DNA of 64,000 nucleotides from Octopus vulgaris. Lineage: Eukaryota. The notes beneath the pieces were generated by a model. It did no database searches, was not told the DNA's origin, and worked only from the letters and a program-made list of their open reading frames with translations. The number at the start of each line of letters is the position of its first letter. Within the stretch, counting starts at the first letter, position 1. A program made the translations under genes and the position numbers. Shown here in pieces: positions 1 through 14,182 of the stretch. Where the stretch lies: positions 8,308,001 through 8,372,000 of the forward strand of contig OX597838.1 of NCBI GenBank assembly GCA_951406725.2. Reading direction: 5' to 3'.

Positions 1-21
1 GCGTGTGTGTGTGATATTCAT

Positions 22-430
22 GTAGTGGCTCTGTGGTAAGTAGCTTGCTAACCAGCCACATGGTTCCGGGTTCAGTCCCACTGCGTGGCATCTTGGGCAA
101 GTGTCTTCTGCTATAGCCTCGGGCCGACCAATGCCTTGTGAGTGGATTTGGTAGACGGAAACTGAAAGAAGCCTGTCGTATATATGTATATATATATATG
201 TGTGTGTGTGTATATGTTTGTGTGTGTCTGTGTTTGTCCCCCTAGCATTGCTTTACAACTGATGCTGGTGTGTTTACGTCCCCGTCACTTAGCGGTTCGG
301 CAAAAGAACCGATAGAATAAGTACTGGGCTTACAAAGAATAAGTCCCGGGGTCGATTTGCTCGACTAAAGGCGGTGCTCCAGCATGGCCGCAGTCAAATG
401 ACTGAAACAAGTAAAAGAGAGTAAAGAGTA
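22..430 (+). mobile_element. tRNA-derived SINE, family A (near full length)
   Basis: A-box-like GTGGCTCTGTGGTAAG and B-box-like GGTTCAGTCCC head, central (TA)/(TG) tract, 3' end ...CCAGCATGGCCGCAGTCAAATGACTGAAACAAG plus (TAAAGAG)-like tail. About 10 homologous copies or fragments in the window. Confidence 0.9.
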
Positions 431-701
431 ATATATATCGCTGCTATGATGCAAAAAGGTTATAAGTCCAAAATTGTGTTTTTTTCAGAAAACGAAAAAG
501 ATTATTTCACCATTCCATAGCAAAACTGTTGTACGACACTTTGACAATTTTCATATCTTGGCATCTGAAACAGCTGGAGATACGATAGTTTGAGCAAAAG
601 AACCGACTATTGCAAGCAAAAATAAATATTGAAAACACCGCATTTGACCAAATTTGGACATACGACAGTTTAACGTAATAGCAAAGATATTATAAATATA
701 T

Positions 702-882
702 CAGTAATCCCGCGATAGGTGAAAATCCGCGAAGTGGAAACATTACTGTACTGTATTTTTTTTTTTTAATAATTTGTATATGTTTATTTTATCACAAATA
801 CAAAAGAACAACACCGAGGAATTGACGTAAGCTTAAATAATAAACCGTGATAAGTGAATTGCTATATTCCGAGGGATTACTG
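702..882. mobile_element. MITE, pogo/Tigger-like
   Basis: Terminal inverted repeats CAGTAATCCC (702-711) / GGGATTACTG (873-882); CAGT ends are typical of pogo/Tigger; short AT-rich non-coding interior. Confidence 0.6.
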
Positions 883-1206
883 TGGCGTTCACGGTGACAT
901 GGAGGATTTTGTGAAAGTCAGTCGTCGTAATTTTATTGTTACCCACTAGAATGGTGTTGAACAGACATATGGTTAAAGGCGTTCCACCCGTGATTATTCC
1001 TCCGTTTTATATGAAGGGCGTTCAAAAAGTATCCGATTTTATTTTCTCCCGCTAAAACTAATGCCGTGTTGACAAAGTTCTTTGGACAAGAGGTCACACT
1101 AACCTTCCTGCACATGCGTGAAAATTTTCGTGCCTGTAGGTCGCGTTAGTTCCTGGCTGTTATAGGTGAGTAGGTCGCGCTCGTCGTGTTTTCGTTTTCA
1201 CGTAAG

Positions 1207-2089
1207 ATGACCGGACGTATCAACCAGAAACATTGCATCAAGTTTTGCCAAAAGTCTGTTGATACCCAAACTCAAGCAAACTGGGACATTTAGCAGAACT
1301 TTGGGATGATGCCATGAGTAAAACTCAGATCAAGGAGTGGTACGACCGCTTCACACATGTTGCACCTCAGTGGAGAGCATAGGACACTGAGGCCCTCCAG
1401 GAGCCGAAACAGGGAGCCGATTGAGAAAGGTCGACAAATTGTCATGGAAGACCGTCGACTAAAGATCCAGGAAATTGCTTACAAAGTAGGAATGAGCACA
1501 GGTTCAGTGCTTTCCATTTTAATGGAGGATTTGTGCATGTGGAGAACGTCAGCAGAAAGATAAAGTCCGATACTTTTTGAACACAGCTTGTAATCCAAGC
1601 TTTCCAGGTCAAGGACAACACACCTCTTGTTCAACAGGCTACCTGCTCTCCTGACTTGGCATTGTGGGACCTCTGGTCCTTCACCAAACTGAAACTACAC
1701 TGAAAGGGAAGCCAATTTGTGTTGCAAGAGGAAATTATAAGGAAAGCAACAGTGGAGCTCCATAGTATTCCAGAGAAGGCATTCCAGAGCTGTTACCAAC
1801 AGTGGCAGAACTGCTGGCAGAATCGTTAGCCCGCCGGGCGAGATGCTTAGCGGTATTTCGTCCGTCTTTCCGTTCTGAGTTCAAATTCCGCCGAGGTTGA
1901 CTTTACCTTTCATCCTTTCGGGGTCGATAAATTAAGTACCAGTTACGCACTGGGGTCGATCTATTCGACTTAGATCCTTTGTCTGTCCTTGTTTGTCCTC
2001 TCTATGTTGAGCCCCTTGTGGGCAATAAAGAAATAAGAACTGCTGGGAGAAGTGTGAACTCCCAAGGGGAGTATTTTGATGGGGATTGA
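1207..2089 (+). pseudogene. Mariner transposase pseudogene
   Basis: Frameshifted segments MTGRINQKHCIKFCQK, DDAMSKTQIKEWYDRF, EDRRLKIQEIA..VGMSTGSV (HTH), CSPDLA..D.W.F.KLK (YSPDL motif), QWQNCWEKC..SQGEYFDGD*. Most of the catalytic core is deleted and a SINE interrupts it. Confidence 0.88.
1813..2035 (+). mobile_element. SINE family B inserted in the mariner
   Basis: Central GACTTT(A/G)CCTTTCATCCTTTCGGGGTCGATAAATTAAGTACC resembles the Deu/Nin SINE domain; TSD AGAACTGCTGG at 1807-1817 and 2036-2046. Confidence 0.9.
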
Positions 2090-2407
2090 ATAAAATTTGG
2101 AAAATGCACAAATTTGTTTGTTTGTTTTTATACCTAAAGATCGGATAATTTTTGAACGCACCTAGTATATCTAGGAGTACAATGCACAATGTATCCCTTT
2201 TCCTTTGTTCTTTTAAATGTTCGTTGTAAGTTGGGAAAACTTGGGGTCAATTCCTTGTGAGTCGAGCAAAGACCCTTCTTAGGATCTTTGTATTCCATAG
2301 TATAGGTAGTAGTGTTTGTAGCTTAGCCTATGGTAGTGGAGCAGTGGTAGTGTGCGATGGGATTTTGGTTGTATGGGTTGTTGAGCTGGTGGTATTAGTG
2401 GTATTAA

Positions 2408-2640
2408 GGCGGCGAGCTGGCAGAAACGTTAGCACGCCGGGCGAAATGCTTAGCGGTATTTCGTCTGTCTCTACGTTCTGAGTTCAAATTCCGCCGAGGT
2501 CGACTTTGCCTTTTATCCTTACGGGGTCGATTAAATAAGTACCAGTTACACACTGGGGTCGATATAATCGACTAAATCAGTTTGTCTGTCCTTGTTTGTC
2601 CTCTCTGTGTTTAGCCCCTCGTGGGTAGTAAAGAAATAGG
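2408..2640 (+). mobile_element. SINE family B, full length
   Basis: GGCGGCGAGCTGGCAGAA head to AAAGAAATAGG end; TSD GGTATTAGTGGT at 2391-2402 and 2639-2650. Confidence 0.92.
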
Positions 2641-2828
2641 TATTAGTGGTGTGACTATTTCTTTCTACTATAGGTTCTGATAGTAGTAGTAGTCATGCTA
2701 GTAACAGAAGTGGTAGTAGTGGTGGTGGGTGTAATAGTAGTAGTACTTGTGATATTTGTGTATTAGTAATTGTAGTGACGATGTGGTGGTGGCTGTAGTA
2801 TTACTTGTAGTTGAAGTAACAGTGGTGG

Positions 2829-4789
<1,961 letters not shown>

Positions 4790-5099
4790 TTTTTGCTCAT
4801 TTCCGTAAGTCAGTTTTAAATTATTTCTTTCGATTGATTTGGAATTTTTGAGCATTTTTCTAAGAAAAAATATCTTACCATTTTTCTTGCGAAATCTGCT
4901 GCATTGGAATTGTAGATATTTCAATTTCCTTCAGATTTCGGTTTTTAATTCTACAGATGATTGCTTAAAACGCATGTTCCAAGTGGCAGCTAGCTTATAC
5001 TGTTATTTCTGCTAATAACACCCACATACTATTTTATAGTAGATAGAAACACTCGGCCTGGAGTCAACAAAATATAACCTATACACACACACACACAGA

Positions 5100-5215
5100 G
5101 GTTTATTTGTGGTTTGTGAATGTACAACTTTTAGATGATGTTGAAGTAATTGCGGTTTAGGTGACGAGCGTGTAGCAGGGGGAATGGGGGGATCGGTGGA
5201 GGAGTAGCCATGGCT

Positions 5216-5267
<52 letters not shown>

Positions 5268-5306
5268 CTGTGGGAATGATCCTTTTCTACTATATTGTCC
5301 CTTGGA
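5100..5306 (+). repeat. Local dispersed duplication, copy 1 (copy 2 at 7548-7751, partial copy from 8014)
   Basis: GGTTTATTTGTGGTTTGTGAAT...GGATCGGTG...(AGT)n GCTGTGGGAATGATCC...TATATTGTCCC is near-identical at both loci. Confidence 0.9.
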
Positions 5307-5367
5307 TTTTACTCGTTTCAGACTGGCTGTCAAATGGGGGTAGATAGCAAAGAAACGAACACACACA

Positions 5368-5530
5368 TACGACGGGCTTCTTTCAGCTTCCGTCTACCAA
5401 ATTCACTTACAAGGCATTGGTTGGCCTGGTGGGTGTAGCCAACTAACCCCTTCTATAAGACACTTGCCCCCATGGTACCACCCAATTGGAATGATCCTCT
5501 GACCACTTGGTTACAAAACACGCTTCTTAA
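5368..5530 (-). mobile_element. SINE family A, 5' half, degenerate
   Basis: GACGGGCTTCTTTCAG..CCGTCTACCAAATTCAC is the reverse complement of the family A body. Confidence 0.7.
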
Positions 5531-5581
5531 CCACCCATCCCCCAGTTATTTGAACCTAAATAAACCTGCATTTCCTGATTA

Positions 5582-6184
5582 CGAGGACTCTTTTAGGGAA
5601 AACGACTTCCAGACCGGATTCGAAAAGTGGCAGGAACACTGGGACGGGTGTATTGCTGCGCAAGGTGACTATTTCAAAGGGGATGATGTTAAAAGTTACT
5701 TTCTTTTTTATTAAACACAGGACGACCGGGAACCTATTGATACCTATTTCTTTACTACCCACAAGGGGCTAAACACAGAAGGGACAGACAAGGACAGACA
5801 CACGGATTAAGTCGATTATATTGACACCAGTGCATAACTGGTACTTATTTAATCGCCCCCGAAAGGATGAAAGGCAAAGTCGACCTCGGCGGAATTTGAA
5901 CTCAGAACGTAGCGGCAGACGAAATACCTATTTCTTTACTACCCACAAGGGGCTAAATACAGAGGGGGACAAACAAGGACAGACACACGGATTAAGTCAA
6001 TTACATCGACTCCAGTGCGTAACTGGTACTTATTTAATTGACCCCGAAAGGATGAAAGGCAAAGTCGACCTCGGCGGAATTTGAACTCAGAACGTAGCGG
6101 CAGACGAAATACGGCAACGCATTTTCGCCCGGCGTGCTAACGTTTCTGCCAGCTCGCCGACGGGAACCCAATGATACCACCTCG
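5582..6184 (+). mobile_element. Mini-mariner remnant interrupted by a SINE dimer
   Basis: TA-CGAGG left end and CCTCG-TA right end; encodes only a mariner C-terminus (FQTGFEKWQEHWDGCIAAQGDYFKGD). Confidence 0.75.
5743..6159 (-). mobile_element. SINE family B head-to-tail dimer (one full unit plus one headless unit)
   Basis: Two ~185-nt bodies joined near 5927; single 18-bp TSD CGGGAACC(T/C)A(T/A)TGATACC at 5727-5744 and 6161-6178. Confidence 0.88.
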
Positions 6185-6359
6185 TAGTTTTCTTTTCCTC
6201 AAGAATAGCAATTAGGGTCCTTGAGTTTTCTTGTTGATGTTGGATCTGTTGGCCCTTTTTGCTCTGGTTGTGTCTTGTTTCTATGGCTCCCGTTGTTGTT
6301 GTTGCTGGGGGTGATGGGAAGATGGCGGGGGTAAAGATATGGGGATGATGTAGTTACCA

Positions 6360-7136
6360 GTGTGGTGGTGTTCATGGTGTGATAGAAGTAGTAACAGTAG
6401 TATTTGTGGTGGTGATACTGGTGGTGGTGGTGGTGGTGGAGCTGCTGCTGCTGCTGCGCTGGTAGTGTTGGTGGTGGTATTGGATTCGGTGTTATTGATG
6501 GTGATGGAGATATCGGTGGCAGTGTTGTTGGTGGTGATGATGATGGTGATATTGATGATGGTGATGATGATGATGAGTATCATCATCATCATCATCATCA
6601 TCATCATGACAATGTTGTTGATGATGATGACGATGATTCTGACGACAATAAGGATGATAATGACGACGATGCGGATAAAGCTGATGATGGTTGTGATGAT
6701 GATGATAATGATGGCGACGACGATAATGATGATGATAATGTCAAGGCAGAGGAGGAGGAGGAAAAGAAAGCAGAAGTCTAATTTGATGAAGAAGAAGAAG
6801 GCGAAGAAGAAGAAGAAGAAGAAGAAGAAGAAGAAGAAGAAGGAGGAGGAGAAGAAGAAGAAGAAGAAGAAGAAGAAGAAGAAGAAGAAGAAGAAGAAGA
6901 AGAAGAAGAAGAAGAAGAAGAAGAAGAAGGAGGAGGAGGCGCTGAATGAAATAAAGTAAATAAAATAAAATAAAAGAGAAGAAAAACCGCTGGAAGGCAT
7001 CATTCAACACACAAATCGTTTGCCTGACAAATGTCGAGTTTAAAGCCGGAAGTGGTTGATCAATTGCGGAAGTGTTGCATAGATTTTAATGGCCGATAGC
7101 AGTTATGTTAAGAAGACAGAAAACAAACGAAAGAAT

Positions 7137-7183
<47 letters not shown>

Positions 7184-7385
7184 GTAGGGAGGGAGAAAGA
7201 GAAAGAAAACGAGTGTGCGCGTGTGGAAGAGAGAGAGAGGGAGAGAGGGAGAAAGACAGTGAAAGGGAAATGGAGAAAAAGTCAGAGGGAGAGAGCGTGA
7301 GAGAGAGTGTGTGTGAGAGAGACAGAGTGAGAGAGAAAGAGAAGGTGGGAGAGAGAGAGAAGGTGAGAGAGAGAGAGATATAGAG
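6360..7385. repeat. (GGT)/(GAT)/(GAA)/(AG) low-complexity field
   Basis: Directly visible; a short unique island lies at about 6990-7105. Confidence 0.9.
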
Positions 7386-7671
7386 AATGGGTGAGAACAA
7401 TTAGCAAAATACGCAAAACGTTCGGGACGTAAACAATAACAACAACAACAAAATATTAACCGAAATGTAACGAACAATAACAGACACACCGTCCCCGCCA
7501 CTCGCCGCCACGCCCCAACACCACGACGACGCCTCGTATCAGCCAATGGTTTATTTGTGGTTTGTGAATATACAACTTTTAGATGATGTTGAAGTAATTG
7601 CGGTTTAGGTGACGAGGGTGTAGCAGGGGGAATGGGGGGATCGGTGAAGGAGCATCCCCGGCTGTAGTAGC

Positions 7672-7712
<41 letters not shown>

Positions 7713-7772
7713 CTGTGGGAATGATCCTTTTCTGCTATATTGTCCCATGGAATTTGGGGGAGAGAGACAATC

Positions 7773-7939
7773 AGTCGATTACATCGACCCCCAGTAATCA
7801 ACTGGTACTTATTTTACCGACCCCCAGAAAGGATGAAAGGCAATGTCGACCTCGGCGGAATTTGAACTCAGGTCGTTAAAGCAGACGAAATACGGCTACG
7901 TATTTCGTCCGGCGTGATAACGGTTCTGCCAGCTCGCCG
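7773..7939 (-). mobile_element. SINE family B, partial (locally duplicated at 8074-8220)
   Basis: Both copies share private variants (CCCCAGTAATCAACTGG, GGCAATGTCGAC, CAGGTCGTTAAAG) and the same upstream flank. Confidence 0.85.
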
Positions 7940-7957
7940 TCTTCATAATAATAATAC

Positions 7958-8005
<48 letters not shown>

Positions 8006-9666
8006 CAGAAGCAGCTGTGGGAATGATCCCTTTTCTACTATATTGTCCCTTGGAATTTGGGGGAGGGGAACAGTCAGTCGATTACATCGACCCCAGTAAT
8101 CAACTGGTACTTATTTTACCGATGATAAAGGATGAAAGGCAATGTCGACCTCGGTGGAATTTGAACTCAGGTCGTTAAAGCAGACGAAATACCTATTTCT
8201 TTACTACCCACAAGGGGCTGCACCAGATTTGGCGAACCACCAGATTTGGCGAACCACCAGATTTGGCGAGATTTTACGATAGATGAATTCGGAAAATAAC
8301 TATTTTCCGACAACCCAAACCAGCAAAAAAAAAACCTGGTTTGGGGCGTCGTTGTTGTTTATTGTCCGCCATCATTGCTCCGTCGACGTTCAAAGAAACG
8401 AGAAGACAACGAGGGTCTAATAATAGAGACAAATGGCGTTAACGACCCCTAAACCAAGGATTTTGTTTCTAAACTCGGGGCTAAAATAGCCGAGGGAGAT
8501 GGATAGACAAAAGGGATTATTTAATGCTTCCACAAGAGAATTTCCGTTGCTAATATGAGGGGGAGAAATCGCCTTCAAAGTTATACTGGCGCTGCCGTCT
8601 CCATACAGTAAGGATTTCGGAGTGAAGGTGGGGGGGGAATGCAAAAAAAAAAGAAAGAAAGAAAGAAAGAAGGAAAGAAAGAAAGAAGGAAAGAAGGAAA
8701 GAAGCTTAAAGGGAGAAAAAGATTAAGATTCTGAAGAAATTTGACATTAAGTTGGAAGCGAAAGGAAAGGACTGCGATACATTTTGTCTTATTTTGTATG
8801 ACGACGATGAAGAGGAGAAAAAGGAAGAGGATGGTAGTGGTGATGGTGATGGTGGTGGTGGTAGTGGTGGTGGTGGTGGTAGTGGTGGTGGTGGTGGTGG
8901 TGGTTTGGTGGTGGTGATGGTGGTAGTGGTTTGGTGGTGGTGGTGGTGGTGGTGGTGGTGGTGGTGGTGGTTGGTGGTGGTGTTGGTGGTGGTGGTGGTG
9001 GTGGTAATGGGGGTGGCAGTGGGGACAATTATGATGGCAATGATGACGACATGATAATGTTGATGGTGATCGTTGTTGTTGCAATTGTGGTTCTTGTGAT
9101 TATAGCAGTAGTTGTGCTGCTTTTAGTAGGGGTTGGGGGGTGGGGACGTTGATGATGATGGTGGGGGGAGTAGTGGTCGTGGTGGTGGTGGTGGTGGTCG
9201 TCGTCGTCGCCGTCGTCGCCGTCGTCACCGTCGTCGTCGTGACAGCGTTGATAATGGTTTATCGTCGTAGTGGGAGTCGAATCGTATTTATAACTGTGAT
9301 GATGATGGTGGTGCTGGTGGTGGTGCTGGTGATGCTGGTGCTGGTGGTGGTGATGATGATTGTGATGTCTAAGTGAAATAGAACGAGAAGGAGAAGGAGT
9401 AGGAGGAGGAGGAGGAGAATATCTAAATTAAAAATAAAATAAAATAAAATAAAATAAAACCATGACATCAAAATAAATATAAAGAATTTTTACTTGAAAT
9501 CACCCAGAAATATTGGTACAACCAAATGAATTCCTATCACTCCCTCCCGATTATATAACTGGTACTTATTTTCTAAAGTCATTAAGAAATAACAAGGCAT
9601 TTTCTTCAAAAGCTGCGACATTTCTGTCAAGTCGCTGCCTCAAGAATCCATGGCAATCATGAATAA

Positions 9667-9978
9667 CTGGCGCTCCGTCGGTTACGACGATGAGTGTCTC
9701 AATTGATCAGATGAACGGAACGACATGCTCGTGAAATTAACATATAAGTGGCAGAGTACTCCACAGACACGTGTACCCTTAACAGATTCACTGTGACACA
9801 GAATGTGACATGGCTGGCCCATTTTAAATCGTAGCTACAACTCATTTTTGCTAGCTGGGTGGACTGGAGTAGCGTGAAATAAAGGGTCTTACTCAAAGAC
9901 ACCACTTGCCGCCGGGAATCGAACTCACGAACTTCTGATCCTTAGCCGAATACCCCCAACCCACTGAGCCACGCGCAT
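9667..9978 (-). mobile_element. tRNA-derived SINE, family E
   Basis: Minus-strand head GCGCGTGGCTCAGTGG...GAGTTCGATTCCCGG, then TTGAGTAAGACCCTTTATTTCACGCTACTCCAGTCCAC (body shared with families D and F). Confidence 0.8.
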
Positions 9979-10115
9979 TCTCTACAACTATTAATGGTAA
10001 TTGGTGGAACCATTTTAGTGTTGGAGCAAGTGTCACGCAATATGTGTTCCGGTTCGAATTTCAAATAATCCTGCAGAAGTCGACTTACATGTAGACACAT
10101 GCATAAGTGTGTGAT

Positions 10116-10149
<34 letters not shown>

Positions 10150-10244
10150 TCTGTGTGTGTGTATGTAAAAGAAATAGAAGAATACACATATGTATACATA
10201 TCTACATATAGATAGACAGACAGACAGGCAGACAGACAGAATTA

Positions 10245-10367
<123 letters not shown>

Positions 10368-10396
10368 CTAGATAGATAGATAGATAGATAGATAGC

Positions 10397-10495
<99 letters not shown>

Positions 10496-10878
10496 GACAG
10501 ACAGATAGACAGATAGATAGAAAGGTCGTTAAAATGATGTTAACTGAGAAATAATGTTTCGATTAACGGGTTGTTTAACCAGTTGCAATGAGTCGATTGG
10601 CGACACACGAAACCCCAGTGAAATTCATGTTCAAAGTAAACCTAACGTGATTATTTCGTATAACGTCACACCAACAATAGATTTGTTGGTATTCTTAAAC
10701 GATCTTTTAAGATACTAACTTTAGTTACAAAGATAAGACAGACAAATAGATAGATAGATAGATAGATAAACAGACAGACAAACAGACAGACAAACAGACA
10801 AACAGACAGATAGACAAATAGATAACTTGAGTTTTGTAAACTTAGTGACATGGTAAAATATAGTAAATCTCGAAAATA

Positions 10879-10941
<63 letters not shown>

Positions 10942-11075
10942 CTATATATATATATACATATATATATATACATATATATATATAGATAGATATAGATATA
11001 TACACCCGCACTCACACACACACATATGTACGTGAGATGTGTGTACGTAGGAAAACGCCTACGTTGAAATATGTA

Positions 11076-11133
<58 letters not shown>

Positions 11134-11501
11134 GACATGTATGAAACGTGTGTATACACACCAGCAATGCATAGAGGTGTTGGCAGAAGAAAGAATGTGA
11201 AGTAGATTAGCAAAAATAATAAGATTAAAAATTTTGAAGATGGCGTACATTTTTGTAAATCCCTCTGTACAGATCGTGACCTGACTACTAGGTTAGGGTG
11301 TATATATAATGGATGTATACAGGTGTTTATATGCATGTAAAAATTGTATAATATATACAATGGCATGAACATACGCCAGGAAATACCTCCGGCTATATTT
11401 TTCCCATAATGCCCCGAGAGACTGCGCTGCATACGGACATTTGTATATATTTATAAGGACGTACGTATATGCGTTTATCTCCCTTACACTTTCTCTGTAT
11501 G

Positions 11502-11582
<81 letters not shown>

Positions 11583-11663
11583 CGATGCATGTAGGCACTC
11601 GCTTAAATACGTATATCACAAACCGAAAGTACACACGTTATTTCAAGCGTATAGATATATATA

Positions 11664-11713
<50 letters not shown>

Positions 11714-11808
11714 TATACATACATACATATATATATATGTGTGTGTGTGTGTGTGTATATACATGTATATATATATATGTGTGGGTGTGTATGTATACAT
11801 ATATATAC

Positions 11809-11843
<35 letters not shown>

Positions 11844-12037
11844 TATATACATACATATACGTACGTGTGTATATGTATCTAACCGATGAAATGCTCTAAG
11901 AATGGCATGGAAATACAATGGAATAGGGTACTTACGTTTACAGCAATATGGAAATATGCATATATACATACACGCACAAAAACACTCATACACACACACA
12001 CGCATGCATACACACATACAAGTGTGTTTGAGCATGA

Positions 12038-12079
<42 letters not shown>

Positions 12080-12242
12080 AATGATGTATATATATATATA
12101 AGCATATATATATAGATACATAAGTAAATTTATATATGGATGCATATATATGTATATATGTATGTACACACACATATACATATATATAAGTATATATAAG
12201 CATGTATATGCAAACATATAGATAAGTATGTTTATATACACT

Positions 12243-12303
<61 letters not shown>

Positions 12304-12344
12304 ACATATATATATATATATCTGTGTATACATATATATATATT

Positions 12345-12383
<39 letters not shown>

Positions 12384-12459
12384 TGATGTGTGAGTGTGTG
12401 TATATATAATTTGCATAACGTTTGTTAGACATTACATATGTTAAATTCAAAATAACTCC

Positions 12460-12492
<33 letters not shown>

Positions 12493-12761
12493 GTAGTGTT
12501 GATGTGCAACAGATGAATATATGAACGCACATTGTTAATACAATTGTAGAACTTTTGCTGGTGTTGTTGCTGCTGTTGTTGTCATTTTCCTATGTTGACT
12601 ATAGTGGCGGCAGCGGCGATGTCTGGTGGTGGCGGTGGTGCGTGTTGTTGGTGTTCATTCGACTGTTATCGTTTTTGTTTTCTTCCCTTTTAGCCCCTGG
12701 TCAGTCCTGATCGAGAACATTTAATATTTCTAGGCCTTACAGCCATGACAATCGCGACTTA

Positions 12762-12793
<32 letters not shown>

Positions 12794-12805
12794 CATTATT
12801 ATTAA

Positions 12806-12930
12806 GACGGCGAGCTGTTAGCAGAATCGTTAGCACGCCGGATAAAAATCCTTTGCAGTATTTCGTCCGTCTTTACATTCTGAGTTCAAATTCCGCCGAG
12901 GTCGACTTTGCTTTTCATCCTTCTCATCCT
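12806..12930 (+). mobile_element. SINE family B, 3'-truncated, within (TAT)n
   Basis: GACGGCGAGCTG..GCAGAATCGTTAGCACGCCGG...GGTCGACTTTGC. Confidence 0.8.
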
Positions 12931-12957
12931 TATTATTATTATTATTATTATTATTAT

Positions 12958-13880
12958 GTGTTAAAAACTCACAGCTCATTTTGCTGGGTATGATGGAAAG
13001 TGTCAGCTGTCCGCAGCCAGGAGACTAAGGTAACACTTGTTTACTGGTCATGCTTCAAGAATCCTGCGAAGAATTCTTGCAGCTCCAAGCAATGCTGATT
13101 TTGTTAGGTGTTCTACCTTCACACTTGCACCAATCTTTTAAAGCCATTTTACTAGTTGAGTGCTGATACTTTCAAGTGCCCCAATTACTATTGTTTTCAC
13201 GTCTTCTCTCCTCATTGACCACAACCTTCGTATTTACCACTTCAAATTGTCATAGTTGTATATTTTTTTCTTCTTCTTTCACATTGATCCTGTTGTAAGC
13301 GGGCATGCTATGTTGATGATCATGCACAACAATGTTCGGCTTCCGATGTCTGGTCGGATGATCGCACTGTATCATTGCATCCCACAGGATTTTACAATTC
13401 TCATTTTCGGTGACTCCTTCTGCGGTCTGCTCATACCACGTCTTTGCTGTTTGTAGACCGTGATTTCCACAGAGCTCCCAATGGATCAGTCTTGCCACAT
13501 TTGTCATGGCGTCTTTTATATTCGCGTTGTGTCAATTTTCGGCATTCGCTAACGAAGTGCCATACCGTTTCACCCTTCTCACCACACATTCTGCATTTGT
13601 CACTTCGGTAGTCTTGTCAATTCTGCACTTCATATAGTTGGTCCTTAATGCTTGTCCTTGAGTTGCGCATATAAGTGCTTCTGTTACTATCTTCAGGTAA
13701 CTGTTTTGGCATTCACATCTCTTGTAAACTGGCCATACAGTTTTTTCCATGCTTTTTCCATTCTTTTTTTTTTTTTCCATTTCTTGTTTACATTTTTCTT
13801 TCGCTTAAAGTTTTCTTTTCAGTTTTGATGACACCGGCCTTCTTTGTGTTTCAGCAGTGGCTCCACGACAGTGACAGAAA
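12958..13880 (-). mobile_element. Non-LTR retrotransposon 3' fragment, R4/Dong-like (RLE clade), pseudogenised
   Basis: Frameshifted TEALICATQGQALRTNY, CCHC knuckle (CRMC..ETVWH..SEC), RRHD..ARLIHWELC, ENENCKILWD..IQCD....HRKP(N/D)IVV (restriction-like endonuclease), ending LRRILEA* at 13048. A ~90-nt 3'UTR runs into (TAA)n. Confidence 0.88.
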
Positions 13881-13923
13881 AAATTAAAAGGTTTAGTGAC
13901 TAGCGATCTATTATGCCGAAATG

Positions 13924-13959
<36 letters not shown>

Positions 13960-13960
<1 letters not shown>

Positions 13961-14182
13961 TTGTGTGTGTGTTTGTCCACCACCACCACCATCTCTTGAC
14001 AACCGATGTTGGTGTGTTTACATCCCCGGAATTTATTGGTTTGGCAAAAGAGACCAATAGAATAAGTACTAGGCTTACAAAGTATAAGTACTGGGGGCGA
14101 TTTGCTCGACTAAAGGCGGTGCCCCAAGATGGCTGCCTTCAAATTAATAAAACAAGTAAAAGAATAAAGAATAAAAGAATAA
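13960..14182 (+). mobile_element. SINE family A, 3' half
   Basis: TTGACAACCGATGTTGGTGTGTTTAC...GCTCGACTAAAGGCGGTGC...(AAAGAAT)n tail. Confidence 0.8.

Larger units (their letters stand above)
1012..2165 (+). mobile_element. Mariner DNA transposon, internally deleted
   Basis: TA-flanked imperfect TIRs TGAAGGGCGTTCAAAAAGTATCCGAT / ATCGGATAATTTTTGAACGCACCTAG, with transposase relic inside. Confidence 0.9.

Noticed and set aside
438-673. Possible TTAA-ending DNA transposon fragment
   Set aside because: Only one putative end (ACGACAGT-TTAA); no matching TIR in the window.
8221-8269. CRISPR-like or CTCF repeat
   Set aside because: Contiguous 17-mers without spacers in eukaryotic DNA; two extra bases break the CTCF spacing.
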